DNA of 52,948 nt, filler included, from Squatina squatina (lineage: Eukaryota): assembly GCA_031763465.1 (NCBI GenBank). It is 3 parts of 3 records of this genome, joined end to end, with 100 filler letters (N's around TTAATTAATTAA, not from the genome) between each part and the next. Parts side by side here need not be neighbours in the genome. Positions count along the whole stretch, not along the records: positions 27,851 to 40,496 come from JARFOE010000013.1; positions 40,597 to 52,948 come from JARFOE010000080.1; 1 more part is not named here. One strand, given 5' to 3'. Below the pieces are notes generated by a model, which saw only the letters and a program-made list of their open reading frames with translations, had not been told where the DNA came from and did not search any database. The position numbers and the translations under genes were made by a program. Numbering within the stretch: the stretch's first letter is position 1; each line of letters begins with the position of its first letter. Below are positions 36,391 to 48,532 of the stretch, in pieces.

Positions 36391-37724
36391 NNNNNNNNNN
36401 NNNNNNNNNNNNNNNNNNNNNNNNNNNNNNNNNNNNNNNNNNNNNNNNNNNNNNNNNNNNNNNNNNNNNNNNNNNNNNNNNNNNNNNNNNATTATTTCAT
36501 TGCCAGTTTTAGATCAACTAAAGATGCACTGCACCTCGAAATGAAACTAATGCCAGAGTTCAGCAAGCAGTTTTTCAACAAGCCAAATTCACAGCTGAAG
36601 CAAGTAATTTACTTTATTTAAAATTTCATTTGAATTAAATTGTAAATTGATAGAGCTCATAATTGAAAAAAGATTATTTAGTTCGGAATGACATGTTAGG
36701 AGGTTTTAAAATAGGTTTTAAATATAAATAAAATCTAATAAAAAATAATCTCAATTTTGAAATCAGTCATACAAATCTCATTCGGCATTGTACCTACTTA
36801 AAGCCAGCCATTATGCTGCGTTTTAAAAATAATGTGGTGCACTGTAGCATTTAAGACCATTTACTGATTTATAGCTTCATGCCTAGTTATTGCTCAAATT
36901 TAGAAAAAAAAGCAGCTTGGTGCAGCTCACATTCTGGTGCAATTTGTAAGTATGCAAAAGGAGACAACATTGTAACCAGGATGCAGCTGCTCCCTGTCTA
37001 ACATCACGTCCACTCAATCAGTGCAGTCCTATCACCTCCAGCAAGCACGCATCTGTTTCCTGTTTTCATTCATGTAATGCACCAGTTTCTGTTCTCCCGA
37101 ATATATTGACCTAGGTAGCTTTATTTATAAGAGGATACTTAAGGAGAATATGTCACTGCATCCTTATTGAGAATGTTTTAAACAGGTTCTGGCTTATATT
37201 GCATTAAAGGGGCCCCAATTGGACTGCGCCCAAACGGGCCGCAGCATTGGGGACCCTAAGCCAGGAGTGCACCCCGCTAGCAATGGGGCCGCTGCGGCAT
37301 GGCCTTGGCTTCTTTGAGGCCATTATAGGTCAGCGTAGCGTGGCAATGCAAAAACAGCATTGTCACGATGCTGACCCGGCCAATGTTGTGTCACATCTGG
37401 GTAGCNNNNNNNNNNNNNNNNNNNNNNNNNNNNNNNNNNNNNNNNNNNNNNNNNNNNNNNNNNNNNNNNNNNNNNNNNNNNNNNNNNNNNNNNNNNNNNN
37501 NNNNNCTTTGTTTCAAAATACATGTTCATTTTTGGCTGAACTTGCCCCCGCCATGTTTAAGTTATTTAATTTTTGTGCAACAATGTTTTATAGCAAGTGA
37601 AAATAGTTTATCACATGCTCAAATAAATAGTCAATGATTTATTCAACTATGCAACATTTCTTTTCACAGATGAATTGTTTGTGAAGTTGCCAACAGATTT
37701 GGAATGCTTCACTTGCCATCATCA

Positions 37725-37810
37725 AGGGAATTTGATGATAATGCTACTGAATGCCAAGGGGTGCTTAGACTTTGTCTTGTTGGAGATGGTCATTGCCTGG
37801 CAAATCTGTG
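37725..37810 (-). mobile_element. Non-LTR RT fragment (CR1/L2-group)
   Basis: Minus strand ICQAMTISNKTKSKHPLAFSSIII resembles the region after the last RT motif (KCQAMTISNK) of a shark LINE as I recall it. Confidence 0.6.
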
Positions 37811-37891
37811 AAACCAATAACTAGTTATCAAAGACAACAGAAAAACTGAACTCAAAAACAAAATAACTCAAAAGTAGAAAACAAGTAGTCT

Positions 37892-37897
37892 TTTAAT
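37892..37897 (-). terminator. Probable polyadenylation signal (ATTAAA) of MRPL15
   Basis: ATTAAA about 75 nt after the stop codon on the minus strand, followed by a T/GT-rich tract (acttgttttctacttttgagttatttgtttttg). Confidence 0.6.
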
Positions 37898-37970
37898 ACA
37901 TCATTCAATTTACACAGGCGAGGAATCAGCTTTGATATTTCTAGTTACAACTACATCATTATCAACAGTT

Positions 37971-38308
37971 TCAAGAACTATAATAACTACATAGCTCCTC
38001 ATCAGTTGGTTTTAAAATTTTCTTTTCAGACAGGCTCACTACCCAACCAGGAGCAAGACCAAAGAAAATTTGCCGAGGATCCTTGCGCATTGTTAACATG
38101 CTATACATCTCATCTTTGGTAATGTCAGGTAAAATGTAGCCATATTTCTTAGCAAGTGACATCCGTACCTCTTGAATTTTTGCTGGATCTGCTAAATAAC
38201 CACGATTTCGAGCATCTGTATAGTATGGAACTAGTTCTTCAGGTGGAAGCATACGTTTTGGAATGGGTTGTCCTCTTAGAAAAAATGGCACTGGCTTACA
38301 CAAAATAT
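37971..38308 (-). CDS. MRPL15: Terminal coding exon of mitochondrial large-subunit ribosomal protein uL15m
   Basis: Translates to (D)[43 protein letters not shown]...[38 protein letters not shown], which I recognise as the vertebrate MRPL15 C-terminus. Acceptor ...tttctgcattcaaacAG at 38310-38309, phase-1 start, 338 nt to TGA. No upstream exon found before the linker at 40497. Confidence 0.97.
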
Positions 38309-39092
38309 CTGTTTGAATGCAGAAACATTGCTAAATGGTTAACCATGCTGATACACGAAGATTAAATTACTTTACACTAAGTTTGTTGCATGATACCAAT
38401 TCAGATATTTAAATCCACAGCAAGTTTATCGCTCAAGTATACTAAAGTCTGCAAATATACTTGATACAAGCACTGAATTCTAATAAAAGTTCCATACTAT
38501 GTTAGACCTAATTACAACATGCCATTTTCTTTTCATCAGGCTTGACAAAAACTATGACAGTGCATTTACTCGTTTTGTTCATCTCTCGGTCATTCTAAGT
38601 CTATCAATTTAGAATAGTTTTGTGCTGTAGACCTATACACACCATGAACTTGATTGAAGCTGGCCAGTAATTTTATGCAGGACACCTACAATATTAGATT
38701 TTTGATCATTATTTTATCATGACTTTCTTTCATATTGTGAGTAGAAGCTGGTGCAAACTGGGAGCAAGCAACAATCCCTGTGCCTCGAGGTAAGCCCTAG
38801 GCACACCCAATATTGAGCCTCCGGCCTGATTTAAATGAGACCAGCGAGCTACTCACTGGGCATCTCCAGGCAGCTCATGAGCAAAGAAGCCTGAAATTCC
38901 AGGCTGCTACATAGTCAACAAGAGACATCAGTAAGTACTTAAAAAGGGAAGGGCAGGCAATCAAGAATGAAGGCGATCGGGGCGGGGAGAGANNNNNNNN
39001 NNNNNNNNNNNNNNNNNNNNNNNNNNNNNNNNNNNNNNNNNNNNNNNNNNNNNNNNNNNNNNNNNNNNNNNNNNNNNNNNNNNNNNNNNNNN

Positions 39093-39445
39093 CCGTGGGA
39101 AACTCCTCCGAGGAGGGCAGAGGAAACGCTACAATGTCGTCATCAAGGCCTCATTGAAGAAATGCAACATCCCCACCGACCCAAGACCGCCTGCAATGGA
39201 GAAGAGCCATCCGGGAAGGCACCAGCCGTTTCGAGTCTCTCCGGCAGAAGCACGCTGAGGACAAATGTTGGCAGAGGAAAGAACGCGCAGCAACACACTC
39301 ATCCCTGCCACTTGTCTCCAAGTATCACCTGCCCCACCTGCGGCCATGTCTGTGATTCCCGTATTGGACTATCTAGCCACCTCAGAACCCACAATTCCGG
39401 AGTGGAAGCAAGTCGTCCTCGAACCCGAGGGACTGCCTAAGAAGA
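39093..39445 (+). mobile_element. RTE-clade LINE 3' end
   Basis: RGKLLRGGQRKRYNVVIKASLKKCNIPTD, then a C-terminal CPTCGHVCDSRIGLSSHLRTH zinc-finger-like motif and a short AAG tail; frameshifted. Confidence 0.9.
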
Positions 39446-39649
39446 TGCAATCTCCCCAACCCTGCAAAATACAGTATCATAGCACACAACAGAAACTTAG
39501 TCTGTTAATGAAATGTCTTAACTTTTTAATCTATTGCACAATAAACAACATTGCACAAAAATATAATATGAAATGAAATATATAACCGCTTGTATTTTTT
39601 GTCAGTCAAACGCCTCCAGTGACAGCAGTAGGGTCTTGACACTTCTCGA

Positions 39650-39978
<329 letters not shown>

Positions 39979-40496
39979 TAAGTACTCGAAAGGAAAATTT
40001 TATACGGGCCATTTCTGACTTTATGTGCCCATATCAAAATAAAGCTAAACATTTGCTACAATTCAGCATGACATATTATTGAAAATACTTGTCAATGGCA
40101 TATGCTTCCTGTACAAGTGAATCTTACTTCCTGTGTCACACTTTCGTAATTAAAAAACATGACTGTCAACTGAATTTTGAAAGCAAACATGAGCCTCCAG
40201 TTGCAACAAGATTATCAACTGTGATTTGTTGATGGTTAGTAAATGGAAACATTCTAATTACTGACCGAGAAACAGACAGACACCAATTGTGTGAGGGGAT
40301 GTCGGGGGGAACAGAGAGACAGACTCGAGATACACTTTTGGGAACCATTCACAAAATACTAAATCTAATGTTTATACAGATCTCTTAGAAAGTTACAAAC
40401 CAGAGCTGCCGGACCTCAAGAAACCCCTGCCAACATTCAGTGCTGTCAGGCCCAAGTCTACCTTTCTCACTGCTAACTGACACCAGAAATTTACCA

Positions 40497-40596
40497 NNNN
40501 NNNNNNNNNNNNNNNNNNNNNNNNNNNNNNNNNNNNNNNNTTAATTAATTAANNNNNNNNNNNNNNNNNNNNNNNNNNNNNNNNNNNNNNNNNNNN
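40497..40596. other. Artificial concatenation linker
   Basis: Exactly 44 N + TTAATTAATTAA (40541-40552) + 44 N, identical in design to the first linker. Confidence 0.97.
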
Positions 40597-40993
40597 TCCC
40601 ATTAAGGACTGCTAGTTTGGTTTCTGTACACCTGAGCAATCCAATTTCACAACAGGGCCTGAAACATTTGAATAATCAATGGGCCTAATGCAGGTTTCAG
40701 GCCGGCGCCCAGGACGATTGTAGGACACCCTAACCAATATGGCGTGCGGTGAACAGAGTGCACGCCACATTGGGCCCTGCAGCCCCTGTTTTTTGCCCAC
40801 TGTGCAGTTAAATTTCTAGGCCCAGGTGTTAGCAGGAAGGGAGGTAAAATTAGCACAATTGTGGATGCTAGACAGTAAATTACCCATCTGCTCAATTGGT
40901 GTGTGAAATGAAGGGAAAAATGGAAAATTAAAAAAAAGAATCCTTTCATCCATTTCTTAGTTATGACAAACACACACTTCAGGCATTGTATAC

Positions 40994-41092
40994 CTCAACT
41001 TGCTCATCTGTACTACTTCTTAGGGCCTCTTCAAATCGTTTTGCTTTATCCTTCAGTGAACGATTCTGAAATGTTAACGTGTCAACTTGATC
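40994..41092 (-). CDS. MTUS2: Internal coding exon of the MTUS2-type gene (absent from the ORF track)
   Basis: 99-nt phase 0-0 exon with acceptor tttttgtttctgcattcaAG and donor gag|GTatac. Translates [33 protein letters not shown], versus recalled human [33 protein letters not shown]. Confidence 0.92.
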
Positions 41093-41392
41093 CTTGAATG
41101 CAGAAACAAAAAGTACAGTTTTATCTTTGGAAACCTGAACTGAAAAATTGTGGAAACTATTTTGTTTTAAAATGGCAATCAGGGCCCTATGACGTCAATA
41201 TGATTCCGATTGCCATTTTTGGACTGAACTGGTCGGAGTGCGTGCCGTGCAGGCTCTGGACATTGTCAGCTGGCAGCCTAGCCAAAGAGGATCCTGAAGC
41301 GAAGTGCTTCTGTCCTTCTGTGCACCACACAATGTGGAAAATGGAAATGTTTCAAGACATGTGTGCAAAAATGAATACTTTGTTTTCACCTT

Positions 41393-41491
41393 CTATTTGA
41401 TACCAGTAAATCTCTTTCTCATTTCGGGCCATGTATGAGATACCTGGATGACTGCATTAACTTGGTTGGTGAACTCCTTCCATACAGATTG
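41393..41491 (-). mobile_element. Second Harbinger Myb/SANT relic, intronic in the MTUS2-type gene
   Basis: VWKEFTNQVNAVIQVSHTWPEMRKRF matches the W..I...VNA....RT..Q.RKK helix motif; cut by a gap. Confidence 0.55.
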
Positions 41492-41936
41492 NNNNNNNNN
41501 NNNNNNNNNNNNNNNNNNNNNNNNNNNNNNNNNNNNNNNNNNNNNNNNNNNNNNNNNNNNNNNNNNNNNNNNNNNNNNNNNNNNNNNNNNNCAGTCAGGG
41601 AGACCTAGAACACAAAAAATGGTGTGAGAAATTGAAATGTTATAGTGATGCACTGGGATTTGGGATCTGAGGCTAAGGCTAAAGCACATTGCTGGCGCAA
41701 AGATATGCAGATTTACTCTACATCTAACCTGTGCTATGGGAACACTTCCTACAGATATTGTGTAATGTCAGGGGAGTGCTAATATCTTTCAGCTTGATAA
41801 GAACAAGAAAAAGAAAGTTGTTTCACAATTAGGCTTTCTTATAGACAGACACATTCAAAACCATATAAATCTTCTATTTTTTTCTTAAGTTTCTAATGCA
41901 TTTTTAAAGAAGAGTATTCAGATACTATCTTGACAC

Positions 41937-42098
41937 CAATGTTCCCGTTAAGCCACATAGCCACGCAATGGCCTGTTGGTTCTGCGCTGGCCACTTACCG
42001 GCTTTACAATGGAAAAGCTGCCCGTGCGCGGGAATTTGAATGGGCCACACAGCCAGTTAAAGGGGCCATGCACCCCCAAAAAATTAGAGGGAACATTG
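41937..42098. mobile_element. hAT-type MITE, 162 bp, with TIRs and an 8-bp target-site duplication
   Basis: TIRs caatgttcccgttaa and ttagagggaacattg. Flanks cttgacac (41929-41936) and cttggcac (42099-42106) match at 7/8; 8-bp TSDs are characteristic of hAT. Confidence 0.9.
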
Positions 42099-42765
42099 CT
42101 TGGCACTATTACAGAGCAGGAAAAGTAGTCATATTTGGGGCTAAAAGAGCTTCATAAATTTATACTCCTTCTTCAGCATGGAGGTTTCAAGATGACAGCC
42201 AGCTGTGAATTAATAGCAGAAAGTACTAAAAATATAAATAAGTGAATTTATTTTAGCAAGATCACCTTTTTGTATAAATTGAGTACACAAAAATNNNNNN
42301 NNNNTCTTCAGAATTCATTCGTGTCTTGGAGCTGTTATGCTTTGTTTAAACAAGAAATAAACCTGGTAACATGTTGTTCCATATTGTGCACCATCTCTTT
42401 CTACTCTTCTCAGCACTATGCTTTAGCTCCACCCTCAAAAGAACAGCTTTTTCTGCACCAGTTTGATGTTTTTACAGTAGCTTTCCTCAATGAGGCTAGC
42501 CAATTAGTGTTAAAGTATGCCATATGACATGTGCTTGGAGCCTTGTTCAGGCGATCCAAAGTAATTATAGTTAGAATACTTAACAGGTATAGTCTACCTG
42601 TCTAGAAAAGGTGGGTACCCAGCATATCCAGGACCCGGCCTAATTGGTGGCCCTCCAACCTCATCCTGCTAGACTTGTGGTGGGAGTGCACTGGAAGGGC
42701 TGTGGATTTTCAGTCCCATTACCTTTTAATTTAAATAGATTATAAAATAAGTTATTGACATGGAC

Positions 42766-42980
42766 CTGTTCCTTGTGCTGAGATTGGATTTTCTTGAGGT
42801 GATCCCTGTGTTCCTGTACAAGACAGTCTTTTTCTGCAGTATAATGAGCCTTCAGCCTTTCTTCAAGGACCTGGATCTCTCCTTGCTGTTGCAGGTGGAG
42901 CCTATGCACCTCGATCTCAAACCTCCTCTCCAGCTCCTCCTTCTCCTTTTGCAGCTTTTCACATCGTGTTGTATTAAGGG
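42766..42980 (-). CDS. MTUS2: Internal coiled-coil coding exon of an MTUS2 (TIP150/CAZIP)-type gene
   Basis: 215-nt exon with acceptor tatttgtttcAG and donor cag|GTccat. Translates (A)LNTTRCEKLQKEKEELERRFEIEVHRLHLQQQGEIQVLEERLKAHY...SQHKEQ, matching recalled MTUS2 (CEKLQKEKEELERRFEDEV...QHQEQ) much better than MTUS1. Ortholog versus close paralog not resolved. Confidence 0.9.
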
Positions 42981-45611
42981 CTGAAACAAATATTACATTA
43001 AAATGAAACCACTGAAGATCGTCATAATATTGGGACCACACATTACTGCAGGACGTGTGTACTGAAACACCGCTAAGCTTTTAACCACCACCACAGTATA
43101 TTTGCAAAACATTAAAAAATCTGAACACAGCAACACGATCAGGTCATCAATAATACTCAGTAAAGTGCGATGGTGAAAGGAAATTTTCAGATTATTCCCA
43201 AACATGGGTTGTGTCTGGAGAGCATATTTTGAGCCGCACAACAACTAGGGTGTAACTGATGGTTACAGGTCTGTTTGTGGTGTCCATTGCAAACACAATT
43301 TCAGGTGCTGAATTCAGAGTATCACAGAAGAAGCATATCAGCACAATGTTGAAACACATTGCTTAAGGCTTTTCTTCCTACAGACTATTGATAGCAATAT
43401 GCTAAATAAGTGCAGTAATAACACTCCACACAACAGCCACTGATTGTTAGATCTAAGTGCCAACTAGTGGCTATATACAGCAGTGGCGACAGTAGAAAGT
43501 TAACTTGGATCATTTGTTTTAAATATAGAAAAGAGACGAACTCCACTAATAATATGTTCATTTAGCTGTTGCTGACTTTTCCTCCTGTTGATTATAGTGG
43601 TAGTGCTTGAAGCTGTGCTGTGAGATACAACTCTCTGGGCTCAATGCTCTTTCCAGAATTAGAATTACTACAAGCAGAGGGAGGATACAGCTTTATAAAT
43701 CTACAATAGAAAAAAATAAGAATTGGGCAATAACGAATGAGCAGATATTGCGGCAGTGGAAGGAGTTACCACATCTGTATTAGCATGAGGCTAATATACC
43801 CAATGTGTTTGAGCTCATGNNNNNNNNNNNNNNNNNNNNNNNNNNNNNNNNNNNNNNNNNNNNNNNNNNNNNNNNNNNNNNNNNNNNNNNNNNNNNNNNN
43901 NNNNNNNNNNNNNNNNNNNAAGTATGGAATTGCAATAACAGGGCAATTTTAACCCTGCCCACCCGGTGAAATCAATGGAATGAAAATCAGGTGAGTTTTA
44001 GAACAGACAGGCGATTCACTCCGCCTAATTATTGCCCAGGAAATGAAGATGGAAATCTACTCCTATATTATCATCTATTCTTCATTTCCTGACAAATGAC
44101 TGTTCTGAGGTAAACGTTCACAAGTACAATTAATTACCAACATACTCCTCTAGAGATTTTATTTAATGTATTTTCTACAAAGACCTCAATCTATTCTTCA
44201 TCACAGTAACTCACTAAGGCCTTCTTATTATCTACTGAACTCATAGGTACCTTTTTTGTTACCTCTACATCCAGAATTATCTCTGAGCTGTGAAACATTC
44301 AGTAGTTACAGAGGGTTAGTAAATTATAAACTCCGTTCTACAAACTTTAAAAATAATATCCAAATCAAGTCTAAAACCAACAAAAACAAGCTTATGTTAA
44401 CAATGGAAAGCCAGAAATCTGAGAGTGAAAAACTAACTTCAAGAGGGAATGAAAAGCAGCCACATTGTGATTTTCTTCTCCCATTCAAATCAAAAAATAG
44501 CAGTGGTAGTGCAACATTATTAAGATGTAGGCTAAAATAGTGAACAAAAACCTCTTTGGGGTTGGTCCCTAATTATGTCACTTCTTTAAGACAGGTAATG
44601 GTCAGTTAAGTTATCACCGTGGACAGAGCAGTGAATTGAACTGCAGCTTTACATATGTCCTCTATCTTCAATATTTATGATATAATAATGTTAACTTACA
44701 ATGGCATTACAAATAAAACAGGATTTTTCTTCTCATAAAAACACTCTGACAATCATAAAGCCAGCCCTTAAATTATTTGAACTCGAGCTGCACCATGACT
44801 TTAGTCGCCACCCTGTGTCAGTGGAACAAAAAGAAACAACGGAAGTTAAATTACCCTCTTGTCCAGACAACCAAAGCAGTAATACAGCTTGCAACAGCAA
44901 TGGCCCATCCTAGCAGGCTTGGTGATACACAAGTCTCCTTCATTCAGTCGGTCTGCTCACAAGTCCTTTGCTGCAATGATTTTTAGTAAATGCTGCACAC
45001 TGGCAACAGCTACCCCTACCTGCATGTGGCACGAAGAATTACCTTATTCCTCCTAATATTTCCAGAAACACAGAAAGGGGGAGAAAGATGCAGGAAGATT
45101 ATCGACATCCTGCTCAGGGGGAAGTTACTGTGCCAGTGCAAGCAGCGTCAGAGTGAGGCTGATCAATACTCACACAAGGGTATGACACTGATTTCATCAC
45201 TCTTAAAGCTGACAGCATAACAGCACTGTGGGGATATGTAAATTTAATGCACCGAAAAAAATAATAGAATTCCATTGCAAAAAGTATATAAATCCTTGAT
45301 TTTATGAAGGATATGATTCCCTGTTATCAGTTATAGCGTGGTATAAATCTACATTTCTCACAGCTGGTTGAAGCTACTAGCCATCTATTTAAAATTGGTC
45401 CCTTTAATAAGTCGCTGTTTGTTACACAGCAACTCACTTTATTGTGGCAATGGGTGGGGTTACAATAATTCAAACCCAGATCTGTGCAAGATACCTCTGT
45501 TTAGACTGTAAATAAGAACTAAAGTGGTGCTGCAAAATACATTAATCAATTCAGATTCATTCCTTCACTTTGTAGTGTTCCTTTTAAGATTGTGTACACA
45601 GCCTGAGTCTT

Positions 45612-45805
45612 AAAACAGAAAATGCTGGAAATATACAGCAGGCACCATCAGCATCTGAAATGCGAAAAGATAGGTTAATGTTTCACAGAAATCTTTTGTT
45701 ATAACTGATCTCTACCTGAAATAGCTGCCTGGCTTTTCGCTTTTCGGATACTGAGGTATTTTCTGTTTTTATTTCAGGTCTGCAACATTTGCAGTTTTTT
45801 CTTTT
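45612..45805. mobile_element. Penelope-like terminal repeat relic in inverted arrangement
   Basis: aaaacagaaaatg (45612-45624) pairs with tattttctgtttt (45757-45769); the left half is homologous to 19832-19925. Confidence 0.55.
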
Positions 45806-45932
45806 TATTTCCACCTATGTTGAATCCAGCAACACATTTGCCACAATAGGTAAAGAAAGTTAACTTAAAGATACAGAAATTTATCGTCATAAACCTCATG
45901 CATCCATCAGGAAAATATAATGTGCATTACTA

Positions 45933-46293
45933 AGAAAGAAAGAGCTAACATTTATACTCTATCTTCTCATTCTCAGTTCATCAAAAGCACTTCACAACCA
46001 ATGGAATAACTTTGAAGTGTAGTCACTGTTGTTATGTAGGCAAATGTGGTAGCTGATTTATGCACAGCAAAAGCGCTTAAACAGCAAATGAGACCAGTTT
46101 TAGTTAAGGGGGAATGCTAGCCACATCACCAGGAGAATTCCCCGATCATCTTAAGTAGTACCATGGGATCTTTCACATTCACTTGAGTAGAGAGCCTTAG
46201 TTAAAAGTCCTGTCTGAAAGACAACACTTCTGACAATGTAGCATTCCCTCAGTGCTGCACTAAAGGGTCAGCCTAGGCGATGCACTCAAGTCC
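45933..46293 (-). mobile_element. Deu-domain SINE, head lost in a gap
   Basis: ctttgaagtgtagtcactgttg tail, ccatgggatctttcac, and ctgacaatgtagcattccctcagtgctgcac core. Confidence 0.85.
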
Positions 46294-46756
46294 NNNNNNN
46301 NNNNNNNNNNNNNNNNNNNNNNNNNNNNNNNNNNNNNNNNNNNNNNNNNNNNNNNNNNNNNNNNNNNNNNNNNNNNNNNNNNNNNNNNNNNNNTTGGTCA
46401 CAGTCTGTTAAGGCTATACAACACACAAGTCTCCAGCTGAGCAAGATACGGCAAATAAACTGGCTGAGGTGAAAATGTGATTTAAAGGCAGTACTCACAA
46501 GATTAGTTATTTACGGAAGATTGAGTTCATGAATAGGCATACTCATCATCAAAGCAAATAGTACAAAGTGGAAAGAGTCACTTCAAATCCTTTAGTACCT
46601 AAGATATCTTACAGTGTAAACTGTATCCTCTGTGAATTCTTCTTAGTCAGAATCCAATTGTATATGATAAAGCTACATTACTCACCTTAAAGTTTGGCGC
46701 TCCTCATTCTTTGAATTAGGGGTAACATACCAATGGGTGAAAATCAAAAACTCTAG

Positions 46757-48353
46757 AGATGAAATTCAACTTACAGCCACCGGTTTTGCGCCCATAAAAT
46801 GGGTGTTAGGTCTCTGAAATTTGCATTGTGATCTGTCGTGCCCGATCTGGGCCGAAGGTGAGCCAGATGCCATATTGGCTCAGGCACATTTTAGTCATCC
46901 AGGGCACTTGCCTGAAACAGGTAACTTAAAATGCAAATCTGGATCGTACGCTAGTTGTAGGGCTCCAAATCAAAATTGGCGGAGCATTCGCCATGCATGC
47001 TTTGCCTAGTTGAGCGGCCTAACCAGCTAAGTGATATTAAACCTTATTTTATTTGCATAAAGCTTACAAAGCTACCCCACTTTGAACCATTGCAGGTCAA
47101 TAGCCCGGATTTTGCAGTTGGTGGCATAATTAAGGATTATGCCGCTGGCATCCGAACCTGTTGCGAGGCCCCAAACGAAAGGTGGCTGTCAGAGGCTGCA
47201 GAGTTGAGCGCAGCCTCGTGGCCCATGGATAAGCATACCTGGGATCACGTGGGGCGGTGCTCCAATCAAGAAACAGAAGGTCTCTCATTCACCCCCACTA
47301 GATACTGTGGTATTTTCTAGGGAGAATTTAGCAGCTAATGTTAAAAGTTTTTATGGATTTTGTACCATGAAAGGTCACCTGAAGATACAGTAAGGGGAGC
47401 AAGGGATGTGTATTTTTGATTCTTTTTAATTTGCAAAACTGTCAATTCCCCAAACTCTACTCAGTCTGGATTTACATTCTTTTTCATACATATTTTAAAA
47501 AAGCATCAGATGAAGATTTTTTTATTGATGGGTATCCTGGTTGCTGTGCCTGTTTGCACCAGCCGTAAAATTTTTGTGCATAATTGCTGGGCAGTTGGTG
47601 GGCAATTAGTCCAACTCTGCACCAGCAATTAGGATTTCAATGTCGGAGCGGATGATGTCCACTTCAAAGGCAGTATGATGGCATTCTCTGAGCATACACC
47701 GTCATACCGACCGCAAATTCTGCCCCAATATGTCGNNNNNNNNNNNNNNNNNNNNNNNNNNNNNNNNNNNNNNNNNNNNNNNNNNNNNNNNNNNNNNNNN
47801 NNNNNNNNNNNNNNNNNNNNNNNNNNNNNNNNNNNTAAAGGGTGGGCCGCCAGCCATCCTGAAGGGGGCTACCCTAGGCCACCAGGGCAGCTGGTGATCG
47901 GGCCACCAGCCTGGCGTGCCAGGTGAGGTGATGATGGCCCGATCCAGCCGAGGGACCGCCATTTATCGGCCAACTAGAAAGTCGGACAACAAAAAAAAAT
48001 GTCGGCCGGAGGTGCAGATGCCCTCGCCTTTAAGTGCTCTGTTGCAGCGACAGGTTTTCCTGTTGCTGCAATCACCCCTCGCTGCGGCCGCCTCCCGCAG
48101 GTGAATTTCCCCGCGGGATGCAAATGAAGCGGCGAGGTGTTGCAACTGCGCGGTGTGAGTTGGCATGCATCTTGATGACATCACGGGCCAACCCGCCGTG
48201 AAATTTGGCTGGGCAGGCGCAAAGGCCTTTGCACCCCAGCCGAATTTTGGGGGAGGCGAGATGGCCGCCTCCAAATGCCATTTTTTTTATAACGCCCCAT
48301 TAGTGCCCCTCAGAAGTGATGATGGGGTGTTAAAAAAGGCCACTTTCAACCCC
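46757..48353. mobile_element. Cluster of GC-rich non-autonomous DNA-transposon (Harbinger-like) fragments
   Basis: CpG-rich non-coding segments (about 46757-47060, 47100-47270 and 47836-48353) with gaaatt...cccc-type termini like those at 32490-32572, 37208-37550 and 40655-40825. Boundaries are approximate. Confidence 0.45.
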
Positions 48354-48370
48354 TTATTTTTCAAGGAGGA

Positions 48371-48532
48371 TGTGGCCTCCTTATTCTTCCAGCCAAAATG
48401 TACTACCTCGCACTGAACTATATCGAAGTTCATTTGCCAACTACGTGCCCATTCTGCAAGTTTATTAATGTCTTCTTATACTTTATCACAGTTCTCCTCT
48501 GTATTAACTACAATCCCCAATTTGGTGTCATC
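48371..48532 (-). mobile_element. CR1 reverse transcriptase fragment
   Basis: DDTKLGIVVNTEENCDKV*EDINKLAEWARSWQMNFDIVQCEVVHFGWKNKEAT contains the catalytic DD and the WQM.F...C.V.HFG motif, with one stop. Confidence 0.92.

Noticed and set aside
44960-45030. Minus-strand AVASVQHLLK resembling the MTUS AV..QH motif
   Set aside because: Short, flanked by stops, no upstream similarity and no donor at the expected position.
46664-46720. Strong minus-strand donor AAG|GTGAGT as a possible MTUS2 exon
   Set aside because: The implied 23-nt exon does not match the expected upstream MTUS2 peptide and the acceptor is weak.
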